Origin: Eubacteriales bacterium | GTDB taxonomy: Bacteria; Bacillota; Clostridia; Oscillospirales; CAG-272 | NCBI GenBank assembly: GCA_045631445.1 | Contig: JAZQUS010000045.1 | Coordinates: 1 to 61,995, forward strand | DNA: 61,995 nucleotides | Direction of reading: 5' to 3' | Shown: piece after piece, positions 37,501 through 46,492 of the stretch | Layout: every line of letters starts with the position of its first letter | Numbering within the stretch: position 1 is the stretch's first letter | Notes under the pieces: generated by a model | Databases searched by the model: none | What the model saw: the letters and a program-made list of their open reading frames with translations, nothing else | What the model was told of the DNA's origin: nothing | Position numbers and translations under genes: made by a program

Positions 37501-38595
37501 TTTTTCATTTTCCTTAACTGCGGCAGCAGGAATATGATCCGTGCAAAGATCCACATGACAAACGTCACACTCAAAGTCGCCGTTGTCATCCTTGTGACCA
37601 AGTGCAGAAACCAATGTCTGTTCAACAAGAATCTTGTTACAAGCTGAGCAATGCTTACCTTCTGTAAGACCTGTTTCTGTACAAGTAGGAGCTTTTGCTG
37701 CATCAACTACTTCTGTATGTCCAAGAGCAGGAACTCTTGTCTGAGCAACAAGAATTTCTCCGCAAGCTGTACACTTTTTACCTTCTGTAAGACCTGTATT
37801 TTCGCAATCAGGAGCAACTGCAGAAATGGATTCTTCTGTGTGTCCCTTAGCAGCAACTGTCTGCTGGGCAACGAGAACCTCGTTACATACTGAGCAATGC
37901 TTGCCTTCTGTAAGACCTGTTTCTGTACAAGTAGCAGCTTTTGCAGTATCTACTACTTCTGTGTGTCCAAGAGCAGGAATTGTTTCCTGATTCTTTGTAA
38001 CATCACCACAAACTGCACACTTTTCACCGTTTGTGAGACCTGCTTCTGTACAAGTAGGAGCTTTGCCTTCAACTACTGTCTTGTTACCGTTGTGTGCACA
38101 TGTACGTGTAGCACCGCAAACGTTACAATCAGCATCCCATTGACCTTCGTCATATGTATGAGCTACAACGGGAACTTCTGTTTGTGCAACAAATACCTTC
38201 TCACAAACCGAGCAATGTTTTCCTTCTGTAAGACCGGTTTCTGTACAAGTAGGAGCTTTTGCTTCATCAATTACTTCTACGTGTCCGGGAGCTTCAATAA
38301 CTGACTGTGAAACGACAACCTCCATACATACTGAGCAGTATTGACCTTCTGTAATACCGTCTTCAGTACATGTAGCTTCTTTGCCGTCCACTGTAACGAG
38401 AGTATGTTCAGCTTTTTCGCCATAACTTTCGCCACATTTTTCACATACAGCTGCATTTTCACATGTAGCTGTGCCGCCTGTGTGTTCACAAGCTGGAGGT
38501 GTAGTGGGTTGAGGATTCAAATCACAAGCGGTAAATGCCGCAAGCGCAAGAACGATAACCATCACTACTACGAGTGTTTTAATGATGTTTTTCAT
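34579..38595 (-). CDS. 1338-aa surface lipoprotein: Cys/His-rich repeat stalk + two GLUG-repeat modules, no recognisable catalytic domain
   Basis: Lipobox FTAC; ~39-aa GH...(A/P)TC...G...CxxC repeats; two WDG...GSGT-x2-DP(Y/F)LI modules. Confidence 0.8.
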   Translation of the reverse strand: MKNIIKTLVVVMVIVLALAAFTACDLNPQPTTPPACEHTGGTATCENAAVCEKCGESYGEKAEHTLVTVDGKEATCTEDGITEGQYCSVCMEVVVSQSVIEAPGHVEVIDEAKAPTCTETGLTEGKHCSVCEKVFVAQTEVPVVAHTYDEGQWDADCNVCGATRTCAHNGNKTVVEGKAPTCTEAGLTNGEKCAVCGDVTKNQETIPALGHTEVVDTAKAATCTETGLTEGKHCSVCNEVLVAQQTVAAKGHTEESISAVAPDCENTGLTEGKKCTACGEILVAQTRVPALGHTEVVDAAKAPTCTETGLTEGKHCSACNKILVEQTLVSALGHKDDNGDFECDVCHVDLCTDHIPAAAVKENEKAPTCTAEGSYDSVIKCSRCGEEISRETVAVSVIPHTEVSIPAVEPDCENTGLTAGKKCSVCGTVTVAQETVNAYGHANTVVPGKAATCEATGLKDGSVCSVCGKTTLAQEVIPALGHNYGEVTYTWSDDNSTCTSKQICANDASHVIAETTTVSTVTLNVTATKVTFTYTAGTQTKVVEADVTLVDSIATINAPAIAGRVASHDYVKFGFHDAAATYTFTIYYSEVSVWDGVSVSASLTGSGTAEDPYLIQSGADLAYIAQVVNALEVKTAAFSGQYFVITKSIDLNGHALHIGTGSAWGTRQMFAGYLDGNNCSIRGIKNTLSLFGCVEGGWIKNLSLYGHVEVAKGNDSVGVLVGYNRLAPLENITNYASMNGRGNVGGIVGNMEQSNDTPATNLVNYGTITGVQNVGGIAGLIGRYLVNCTNWGTVTGTNNVGGIVGNLYWKCTLTHCVNYGTVSGETVVGGIAGARNGSIEATLTDCTNYGKALGTTCTSTSIDGITSAVSTQTNCVNNGTVTILAHEFTHTDAKDATCEENGNVAYDHCSVCDKNYDADGKVISNVVVSATGHAWNEGTTANGKITYTCGNCGETRVESAKCTVTVNYLNLDGSVAAPAETLEFANGEIATINAKEIAGYVASHDYVKVHVLENSSVTIYYSEVSVWDGVSVSESLAGTGTSTDPFLIQSAADFAYFASQVNANTAASGANYKVTTFKGQYFKMTKSIDLNGHYLIVGMHAGWNNYQGFFGTFDGNNCSIRGINLDGSAGKTSTALFGCVNSGTIKNLSIYGSVKGNSGTAGLVGYTATNAVIENVTSYVNVTSKVSSGRQGTVGGIVANQENSAGALLNCVNYGTVICDSYIVGGIVGSGGKNMTNCVNWGDVTGGNVSVGGISGSTKDKGTISGCVNYGTVTGATTTYGQIGGIVGTAKKPISDCVNYGTVIGTISKGVGGIYGTTTSTVTNCVDNGEVKEYVPAE
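37065..38493 (-). repeat. Intragenic Cys/His-rich tandem repeats (about nine ~39-aa units plus shorter CxxC connectors)
   Basis: Near-identical DNA GAGCAATG...CCTTCTGTAAGACC(T/G)GTTTCTGTACAAGTAG at ~37646, ~37891, ~38210. Confidence 0.85.
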
Positions 38596-38661
38596 AGTTT
38601 TTTCTCCTTTTAAACTAAGAATTTATGATTAAAAAATAATCAACTAAATAAATTTTGTGGT

Positions 38662-40938
38662 TTACCACGGTCTGTATTTAACTACGATGTCATCAAAATT
38701 AATATTTTGATTAATCTTTGAGTGTTCATTCAAATATTTAACCAAATCCTCCATCTGCTCATAGGTAATATTAATATCACCGTCGCAAATAGTAACTCTG
38801 AGTGCCTTGGAATCAATCCAAAACAGTTTCTTTTCAAAATCTTCAATGTCAATCGGCAAATTATTTTCCTTAACGTATTGCTTAAACAAATCGTTTTCAA
38901 ACAAAATGCCTGCAGGCGTATCCAAGGTGTATTTTGAGGGAACTTCTTTGATTTCTAACACATCAGGTGTAAGCTTTTCTTCGAATTTAACACCATCAAG
39001 ATTAATTATTGCTTTATTAATAATCAAGTTGGTATTCAATGCAACGTAAATTTCATACTCTCCGCCCTCAAGCTCAAAAGCATCGGTAGCATCGCGATAT
39101 GATTTAACATCATCAATATCAACTTCGACATTAATATGCTTTGTTTCGTTTGCCTTAACAAAAGCTTTAGCAAATGCCTTCAATTCCTTAATAGGTCTGT
39201 ATATATCGGAGTTTTTCTTTCCTATATATATTTGAATAACATCCTCTCCGTCAATATTGCTTTCATTTGTTACGTCAAGATAAATCTTAATTTTATCATT
39301 TTCAACTGCATATTCAAAATTAGAATAATCAAATTTAGAATAACTCAATCCATACCCAAACGGCAACATAAATCCGTCGCTATGCAAATCGTAATATCTA
39401 TAACCAACAAAAATGTCATCGTGATAATATGTGTGATAAATATCGCGTCTTGCATATTCATCATTGATGGGATTTTGCTTCAAGGATGAAATCCAAGTTT
39501 CAGGCAAGCGTCCACTTGGATTATGGAGACCAAACAAATTGTTGTAAATTGCTTCACTCTGTCCCTCTCCCGCAAGGTAGGTTATGAACATCGAATTTGA
39601 TTTTTCATAAACCTCACTCACGTTCACAACACTTCCGCTAACTAACACAGTCGCAAAGGTACTAAACACCTCTTTAACCATATTAAGAACTTCAATCTGC
39701 TGTGGACGAAGGTCAATAGTGCTTCTGTCAATTCCTTCGGACTCGTCGTGTTGATATTGACCGAGGAACAACAAAACCTTGTCATATTTGTTTTGATATT
39801 TTTTCAAATCATCGGCTGTGATGGTAGCTTTTTCTTCGTCATAGCATTCAACAAAATCGTAATCAACTTCGTTTGAATTTAAAACGTCAAGGAATGTTGT
39901 ATCTTTGTAAGCATTAACCCAACCGCTTCCCTTTCCAACAAAACGCGCATGATTTGCAAAATATCCAAGAACCAATATTTTTTGATTTTTATTGAGTGGC
40001 AAATAATCATCATCGTTTTTAACCAAAACAAGCGTTTTATCTGCCACACTCACTGCCTGAGTATGAAGCTTGTCTAAATCGAGCTCATTAAGTGATTTTG
40101 TGTCCTTAAATTTGGAAATTGTTTGATAAAGCTCGTTATCCAACTTGATAAGATCCTCATCATCAAACGTTTTTCCATATCCCCTATCCATAAAATCATA
40201 ACTCATTTTTGCAAGGGGCATTTCAATATTAAGTCCCGTTCTGAATGTTTTTCCTTTATCACTCACCGCGCACCAGTCCGACATAATAAGTCCACGGAAA
40301 TTAAATTCTTTTCTTAATTTCTTTTGCAACAAATATTCGGATTCGTTAACGTAAACTCCGTTTATTTTGTTGTAAGAAGTCATTATCGACGATGGATTTG
40401 AATATTTAAGAGTGTATTTAAATCCTCTCAAATAAATTTCGTTAAGTGCTCTTAAAGATACTTCACTGCTATTTATTGTTCGTCCGTGCTCCTGTGAGTT
40501 GCACGCATAATGCTTAACACAAGCACCAACGCCCATATCTTCAAGGCCGTTAACGTAATTAGCAGCCAAAACTCCCGTTAAATAGGGGTCTTCAGAGAAA
40601 TACTCAAAGTTTCTTCCGCACATAACGTATCTCTTGATGTTAATTCCGGGCGCTAATAAAATATTTGTTTTGTGGTGTAAGCATTCTTTAGCAATAAGCT
40701 CACCTGTTTCATAACAAGCTTCCTTATCAAAGGATGCAGCCAAAGCACTCGGTGTCGGCATACAAACAGTTTGAATTACCTCATTCTGCTCAGTAAAACC
40801 GTTTTTTAGGGGCTTTCGAAGTCCGCTTGGGCCGTCATTTAATATAATAACGTTTTCGGGATCGCGATAGCTTGCGATTTCCCAAGCGGAAAGCCCTGTA
40901 AGATATTTGTATCTGTTATATCTTTCGTTTTTATTCAT
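38662..40938 (-). CDS. GH3 beta-glycosidase with C-terminal Fn3-like domain, cytoplasmic
   Basis: DGPSGLRK, PGINIKR...GRNFEYFSEDP, KHY, IMSDW nucleophile, GRLPETW, PFGYGLSY. Confidence 0.92.
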   Translation of the reverse strand: MNKNERYNRYKYLTGLSAWEIASYRDPENVIILNDGPSGLRKPLKNGFTEQNEVIQTVCMPTPSALAASFDKEACYETGELIAKECLHHKTNILLAPGINIKRYVMCGRNFEYFSEDPYLTGVLAANYVNGLEDMGVGACVKHYACNSQEHGRTINSSEVSLRALNEIYLRGFKYTLKYSNPSSIMTSYNKINGVYVNESEYLLQKKLRKEFNFRGLIMSDWCAVSDKGKTFRTGLNIEMPLAKMSYDFMDRGYGKTFDDEDLIKLDNELYQTISKFKDTKSLNELDLDKLHTQAVSVADKTLVLVKNDDDYLPLNKNQKILVLGYFANHARFVGKGSGWVNAYKDTTFLDVLNSNEVDYDFVECYDEEKATITADDLKKYQNKYDKVLLFLGQYQHDESEGIDRSTIDLRPQQIEVLNMVKEVFSTFATVLVSGSVVNVSEVYEKSNSMFITYLAGEGQSEAIYNNLFGLHNPSGRLPETWISSLKQNPINDEYARRDIYHTYYHDDIFVGYRYYDLHSDGFMLPFGYGLSYSKFDYSNFEYAVENDKIKIYLDVTNESNIDGEDVIQIYIGKKNSDIYRPIKELKAFAKAFVKANETKHINVEVDIDDVKSYRDATDAFELEGGEYEIYVALNTNLIINKAIINLDGVKFEEKLTPDVLEIKEVPSKYTLDTPAGILFENDLFKQYVKENNLPIDIEDFEKKLFWIDSKALRVTICDGDINITYEQMEDLVKYLNEHSKINQNINFDDIVVKYRPW

Positions 40939-40940
40939 AA

Positions 40941-42728
40941 TTACTTAATCAAATCATTAATTGAGAAGTATGACTCGATATTTTCCTCTGCCTTTTCAGT
41001 AAGATCACCTGCAACCAAATAATTGTTCACATTGGTCTTAACACCGTCAACGCTTGAAACGTTGTTATAATTGAAGCAAAGCTTAATATCTTCGGAATTC
41101 TTAACCCCAATGTCCTCAAAACTAATGAAAAGTTCAAGAGTAAGACCGCCTGACTCTCCACAGTTCATAAGACCGCTTGTGTTAACGTGGAACGCATAAT
41201 TTGAAAGCTTCTTGTTGTAAACAAGGTTTCCGTATTCAAGCTTGATATCATCACTATCCAAACTAAGTCCCTTGTTATAAACTCTCAAAAGGTTAGCCGC
41301 GCTCAAGCAAATAGTTGTTCTGCTTGAAACGTCACCCTCTGTAAGATAAATGATAAAGTCATCATTATTACCTTTCTGACCCATATCGCCCTTCTTCCAG
41401 TTTTCACCGTCGGTCCAAATTTCACTATCGTTTATTTTAGCGGCAACATAAAGACCTACATTGCTAACAACAACATAAACATCACCAAGACCGTTGGGCA
41501 ACTCAAGCTTCTTTGCATTTACATATTCTGTAAGATTACCATCAACATAAGGATGATTTTCAACAACATTCACAAGGAAAGGAACTTCAACAAGTCCGTC
41601 AGCTGTCTTCACCTTTGCCTTTATTGTTTGAAGACCTGCCTTGCTAGAATCGTAAGCAGAATATTCTTCTACCTTCACATAACCGCTATAGTAGTTAGTG
41701 AAGCTTGCCTTAATGTACTGTGGCAACTCAACTTCGACTCCAAGTGGTACATAAATTGCAGGAGTTTCAACCTTATCAATAACTCTTGTGTCATTGTAAG
41801 AAATAATTTCAGCCGCAATTCTGTTACCCAAAATCATATTGCTCTCTGCACCAAAGTGCCAAGGCTCAAATGTGTTTGTATACAAATCGTCAGTTTCAAT
41901 AAAGGAAACGTTCGTCATATTTTTTGCAACGCTTTCCTGAATTGCTCTCAATGTGTTGGAATACTTAGCACTATTTGTCAATGCTTCGGTAACAACAACG
42001 GGCATATCACTATCATTAAAATATGCTCTAAAGTCATCAATGAAATATGTCAATGCCTTTTCATAAATCGCCATATTTTCATCAAATTTTGCATCCTGCT
42101 CACCGTGAACGAATGCCATACCGTCGATTACCACTTCGTAACCAAGGTCGTTAAGGTCTGTAATTGCTTTTTCAACCAAAGAATACAAATTATTTGTAAG
42201 AGGACCTGTTTCCTGACCATTATCTAATATTGCAACCTGGTCATAATTCAATTTTTCTGCAAGTTCAGGATCGTTGATTGCAGAATTAGAATACCAATGA
42301 TCAGTAAAAGTTGAACCACTTGCTGTATATTTAACGATTACTGTTTTGTAATCCTCATCAAACTTTGGGTAAGCAGAAGCCAATGTCTGTCCCATACCGA
42401 GTTCAGGACCGAACTCGGATGGGAAATCTCCGTATCCGGGCTCAAGAATATCAATGTCTTTTGACTCGTCAATACTAGGGATATTTACCAAATCTCCCAT
42501 TGGCAAGCCGTCTGCCAAAATATCAACATCGATATTTGCTTCCTTGTCCTCTTCACTCAAATCGTTAACAAGAGCTTTACCTCTTGCACCCGACTGCCCT
42601 GCCAAAACAACAAGATGAACCTTGTTATCCTCGGTTTTAGTGTTTTCTACAGGAGGAGTGTTTGGTTTACAGCTAACGAGAGGCAACAACAACAAACCAA
42701 CCAATAAAATTGCTATGAGTTTTTTCAT
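40941..42728 (-). CDS. SASA/CE6-like O-acetylesterase lipoprotein with non-canonical motifs and C-terminal CBM9-like beta-sandwich
   Basis: Lipobox LVSC; VVLAGQSG, FGPELGMG, FVHGEQDA, EPWHFG; GGAGG RBS before ATG 42728. Confidence 0.75.
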   Translation of the reverse strand: MKKLIAILLVGLLLLPLVSCKPNTPPVENTKTEDNKVHLVVLAGQSGARGKALVNDLSEEDKEANIDVDILADGLPMGDLVNIPSIDESKDIDILEPGYGDFPSEFGPELGMGQTLASAYPKFDEDYKTVIVKYTASGSTFTDHWYSNSAINDPELAEKLNYDQVAILDNGQETGPLTNNLYSLVEKAITDLNDLGYEVVIDGMAFVHGEQDAKFDENMAIYEKALTYFIDDFRAYFNDSDMPVVVTEALTNSAKYSNTLRAIQESVAKNMTNVSFIETDDLYTNTFEPWHFGAESNMILGNRIAAEIISYNDTRVIDKVETPAIYVPLGVEVELPQYIKASFTNYYSGYVKVEEYSAYDSSKAGLQTIKAKVKTADGLVEVPFLVNVVENHPYVDGNLTEYVNAKKLELPNGLGDVYVVVSNVGLYVAAKINDSEIWTDGENWKKGDMGQKGNNDDFIIYLTEGDVSSRTTICLSAANLLRVYNKGLSLDSDDIKLEYGNLVYNKKLSNYAFHVNTSGLMNCGESGGLTLELFISFEDIGVKNSEDIKLCFNYNNVSSVDGVKTNVNNYLVAGDLTEKAEENIESYFSINDLIK

Positions 42729-42738
42729 TTTAACCTCC

Positions 42739-44409
42739 TTACTTACCAAGAACCACGATTTCGTTCAACGCAACGGCAATATCCGATTTCACACAAATAA
42801 CAACGTGATCCGCTTCAAAAGTATTCAAAAATTCAATAGTAAACGCACTTGATGGGAAAATAAATTGCTTTGCATCATTAACATATTGATCATAAGCAAA
42901 TTGAGGATAATGTACTGCATTTCCATTGCCAAAATCAATATAAACGATTTCTGACAAAAGCTTTTCATAATAAGCACTATTATAAATTGCAATTCCGCCT
43001 ATTTCATAAGTTCTGTCAAATTTTAATTCAATATAGGAATAACCTGTGCCAAGAGAAACCTCTTTTTCCGCTTCTCCGGGCAAATTGTAGCAATCAACTA
43101 TGTAATTATCATTAATTGCACTAGCATTTGTAACGTTTTCCGACTTAACCTGTGATGACGGTGCGATATTGTAATACCCACTCAATTCATCAGGAAGAGG
43201 TTGGATTGAATATGTAGGACCGTTACAGAAAGGCACTCCATTTTTATCAAAGTGAAGGTAATCAAATGCAAAATAACGTTCCTCGTATCTTCCATTATTA
43301 CCCGCACGATTTTGGTGCGCGTGGTAGCCTATCATAATTTGATCACCAATATTAAAGAAGCAATGGTGAGCAGTACCCGAGTTAAATCCCGTCCATTGAC
43401 TGTTAACAGTCGCATTTCCAACGTTAGTGCCGGGATAACCTAAAAGCAAGTTAGTCCAAGTTCCACCCGACTGATATGGCTTTTCAAAATTGCCAAGGGG
43501 GGAATCTGATACAGCATAGCAAACATTATAGAATTTATCCCAACATCCGTTAACGGAATACGTCATATAGTACTTACCGTCGGATTTGATAAGATATGGT
43601 GCTTCAACGATGGGCGTACCGCTTCTGTACATTTCCCAACTCAACGGTTTCAAAATAGAGTTTGTAGAGTTCAATGCACCCGGAACAACCAAAACGGTAT
43701 ATGTACTCCAATCCGCTTCATAAGGACTGTTCATTTTTACGCCAACAATATGCTGATTATCGTTGGTGGCAACGCTGTAATACATATACATTTGACCATC
43801 ATCATCTACAAAAATGGTGATGTCCAATACGCCAAAGCTCTTGTTTTTGTCAATGAAAATTGGCTCTGCCAATCCGTCAACCTTGTCATTCTGCAATGGT
43901 CTGTAAGGACCGAGAGGAGTATCTGCTACTACAACACTATTGCGACGAATTCCATCACCGTCAATCGCACTATAATACATATAATAAACTCCGTCAAAGC
44001 AATACAATTCAGGAGCATATATAGCGGCTTTTTCTGCCTCCCAGCCTTCGAAGGTCGCAGGATCATATATAGCAAGATATCTTGTATAATCAACAAAATC
44101 CTCTGTAACGTAACAATCAATAACGTTGTTATCTCTATCACTCGTACCAACTATGTAATATTTTCCGTCCTCAACGTAAACATGTGGATCAGCAAGAGGA
44201 ACAGCCTTAAGTTCATTGACATACCACATTGAATCATCATAAGCGAGACCTTTACCGTCATATGTTGATGAGTGATCAACATAATCAACCCCTTCAACCA
44301 AATTTGAGTCCACAGTTTCAGGATAGTTGTTTTTTTCATTGTTTCCGCATCCCGACAAAACTGACAGGAGCATCACTACTATCATCAAGATAGATATTTT
44401 TTTGATCAT
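42739..44409 (-). CDS. GH43 glycoside hydrolase lipoprotein (paralogue of 23071-24738)
   Basis: Lipobox LSGC; ADPHV, VLDITIF, IVEAPY, GTAHH; GGAGG RBS before ATG 44409. Confidence 0.9.
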   Translation of the reverse strand: MIKKISILMIVVMLLSVLSGCGNNEKNNYPETVDSNLVEGVDYVDHSSTYDGKGLAYDDSMWYVNELKAVPLADPHVYVEDGKYYIVGTSDRDNNVIDCYVTEDFVDYTRYLAIYDPATFEGWEAEKAAIYAPELYCFDGVYYMYYSAIDGDGIRRNSVVVADTPLGPYRPLQNDKVDGLAEPIFIDKNKSFGVLDITIFVDDDGQMYMYYSVATNDNQHIVGVKMNSPYEADWSTYTVLVVPGALNSTNSILKPLSWEMYRSGTPIVEAPYLIKSDGKYYMTYSVNGCWDKFYNVCYAVSDSPLGNFEKPYQSGGTWTNLLLGYPGTNVGNATVNSQWTGFNSGTAHHCFFNIGDQIMIGYHAHQNRAGNNGRYEERYFAFDYLHFDKNGVPFCNGPTYSIQPLPDELSGYYNIAPSSQVKSENVTNASAINDNYIVDCYNLPGEAEKEVSLGTGYSYIELKFDRTYEIGGIAIYNSAYYEKLLSEIVYIDFGNGNAVHYPQFAYDQYVNDAKQFIFPSSAFTIEFLNTFEADHVVICVKSDIAVALNEIVVLGK

Positions 44410-44437
44410 AATTAAACCTCCAAATTTATCGCAAATC

Positions 44438-46480
44438 TTAGATTCTGTCTCCGCAGTTATCATCGAAAATCAAAATTTTATCCTGATTTATTGCCAATTC
44501 AACGTCGGTATGGGGTTTAATCAATACATTTGTTGAAATTTTAGCTATAATGTTAGAATTTGCAAATTCAGAGTGAACCAAAAGCTCACTACCAAGCAAT
44601 TCAACAATATTGGAATTAACAACGAATTTTTCAGTTTTATTTCCTGTAAATTCCGCATCCAAAACTATATCTTCGGGTCTTATGCCAACTCTAATAGGAT
44701 GTCTTCCTGCCAATGCCTGTTCACACTTAGCTAAAAGATTTGAAGCAACCTCATAAAGATTGTTAACAAACTCAATATCAGTTGAATTCAAGTTGATATT
44801 GCTCTTAATATTCTTCTTGTTGTTTTTCTTCTTTGGTTTCTGATAATACAATGTGTTATCAACAACGATTTCTTCCTTGCTAAATACTTGAGCATTGTGT
44901 AAAATACCAATATCTCTTGAAGGAATTTTATCAAAGCTTAACAACGGCTCTCTAATCTTAAGCAACCACTTTTTATCAACCTTGGGATTACCGTTGTTTT
45001 CTTCTTTATAGCGAGATATCAAATCTTTAATTACTTCACTACATTCAATATCTGCAGTGATTTTAAGAACTTCATCAACTGCCTTTTCGATAGCGGAAGG
45101 ATCTTCTTGAGCATCAAGATTGAAAAGAACCTTATCAAGCACCTTCAAGGCATGCATCTTTTTGAAATCATCCGTATCAAGCATTCTTCTGAGATCTTGA
45201 ATTTTTGTTTCATAATATTCATTATGTCTTGTAACATAATCATTTGACAAAGCAATCTCATATCCGTTTTTGAAAATAAGCTTGCCGTTATCATATTCCG
45301 CATCAAAAATATTCATCGCAGGAGAACCAATAAATGTAGCAACAAAGATATTTTTAGGGTTATAGTAAATTTCTTGAGGAGTACCAATTTGCTGTACCCA
45401 ACCCTTACTCATAACAACGATCTTAGTAGCCATCGTCATAGCTTCTGTTTGATCGTGAGTAACGTAAATTGTCGTCGCTCCAATTTGCTCGTGAATTCTA
45501 ACAATTTCACTACGCATCTGTACTCTAAGCTTAGCATCCAAGTTAGAGAGCGGCTCATCCATCAAGAAAAGCTTCGCATTTCTAACTATAGCGCGTCCTA
45601 AAGCAACACGCTGCATCTGTCCACCTGACAATTCCTTAGGTCTTCTATCGAGATAAGGACCAAGATCCAAAATTTCTGCAGCCTCAAATACACGTCTTCT
45701 GATTTCCTCATTACCCATTTTCACATAATGATATTGAAGCTCACCATTCTTTAAAAGACGGTAATTTTCATCCATTTCATATCCATTAGATGAAATTTTC
45801 TTTGTTTCACTAAGAATTTTTGCTTTTGCGCTCTCTTTAATTTTTTCAGGTGATGCCGCCTTTGATTTACAAAGAATCTTTGCCGCATCATCACAAATTT
45901 TCATTTTTGTTGCAACGTATTCAACAACCGTACCATAATTTAACGCTTTATCCTTGGCATTTGCAAATGCCTGATTAAATTCATCAATTCTGCCGTCCAA
46001 AACATCAATAACCTGAGTATTTGCCTTAACAACAGTCGCTTCCATAGGCATTCTAAACTTTTTGGCACGAAGTGGGAATGCAATATTATCAAACACCGTC
46101 ATTTGAGGATACAACGCATAATTTTGGAACACCATAGAAATATCGCGATCCTTACTACTCGTATAATTAGACAAAACTTTATCAATATATAAATAACCGC
46201 TTGTGATATTTTCAAGTCCCGCAATCATACGCAATGTTGTTGACTTACCACATCCCGAGGGTCCAACCAAAACAATGAAATCATTTTCGGATATATCGAT
46301 ATTGAAATCATATACGGCTTGGACTCCGTTAGGATAAATTTTATTAATATCCTTTAAGGATACAAAAGCATCAAGTTCATTGTTGGCAATTTTGTATCCA
46401 CTTTTCTTTAATATTTTTCCCGCGTTCTTGGCAGACACTTCCATGCTGCCATCAACGGGCTTATTATCTAAATTAGCCAT
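44438..46480 (-). CDS. MalK/MsmK-type sugar ABC ATP-binding protein with two large insertions
   Basis: GPSGCGKST, VFQNYALYP, LSGGQMQR, LMDEPLSNLD, YVTHDQ, GIRPED (TOBE region); 680 aa. Confidence 0.92.
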   Translation of the reverse strand: MANLDNKPVDGSMEVSAKNAGKILKKSGYKIANNELDAFVSLKDINKIYPNGVQAVYDFNIDISENDFIVLVGPSGCGKSTTLRMIAGLENITSGYLYIDKVLSNYTSSKDRDISMVFQNYALYPQMTVFDNIAFPLRAKKFRMPMEATVVKANTQVIDVLDGRIDEFNQAFANAKDKALNYGTVVEYVATKMKICDDAAKILCKSKAASPEKIKESAKAKILSETKKISSNGYEMDENYRLLKNGELQYHYVKMGNEEIRRRVFEAAEILDLGPYLDRRPKELSGGQMQRVALGRAIVRNAKLFLMDEPLSNLDAKLRVQMRSEIVRIHEQIGATTIYVTHDQTEAMTMATKIVVMSKGWVQQIGTPQEIYYNPKNIFVATFIGSPAMNIFDAEYDNGKLIFKNGYEIALSNDYVTRHNEYYETKIQDLRRMLDTDDFKKMHALKVLDKVLFNLDAQEDPSAIEKAVDEVLKITADIECSEVIKDLISRYKEENNGNPKVDKKWLLKIREPLLSFDKIPSRDIGILHNAQVFSKEEIVVDNTLYYQKPKKKNNKKNIKSNINLNSTDIEFVNNLYEVASNLLAKCEQALAGRHPIRVGIRPEDIVLDAEFTGNKTEKFVVNSNIVELLGSELLVHSEFANSNIIAKISTNVLIKPHTDVELAINQDKILIFDDNCGDRI

Positions 46481-46492
46481 CTAATCCACTCC

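Noticed and set aside
34579-38595. Diversity-generating retroelement TR/VR pair in the duplicated modules
   Set aside because: No reverse transcriptase; both copies are in-frame coding, and the differences seen are few and consistent with ordinary synonymous drift
28313-38595. Many 60-190-aa antisense ORFs over the large lipoprotein genes
   Set aside because: By-product of strong GGT/GTA/ACA/AAC codon bias suppressing reverse-strand stops
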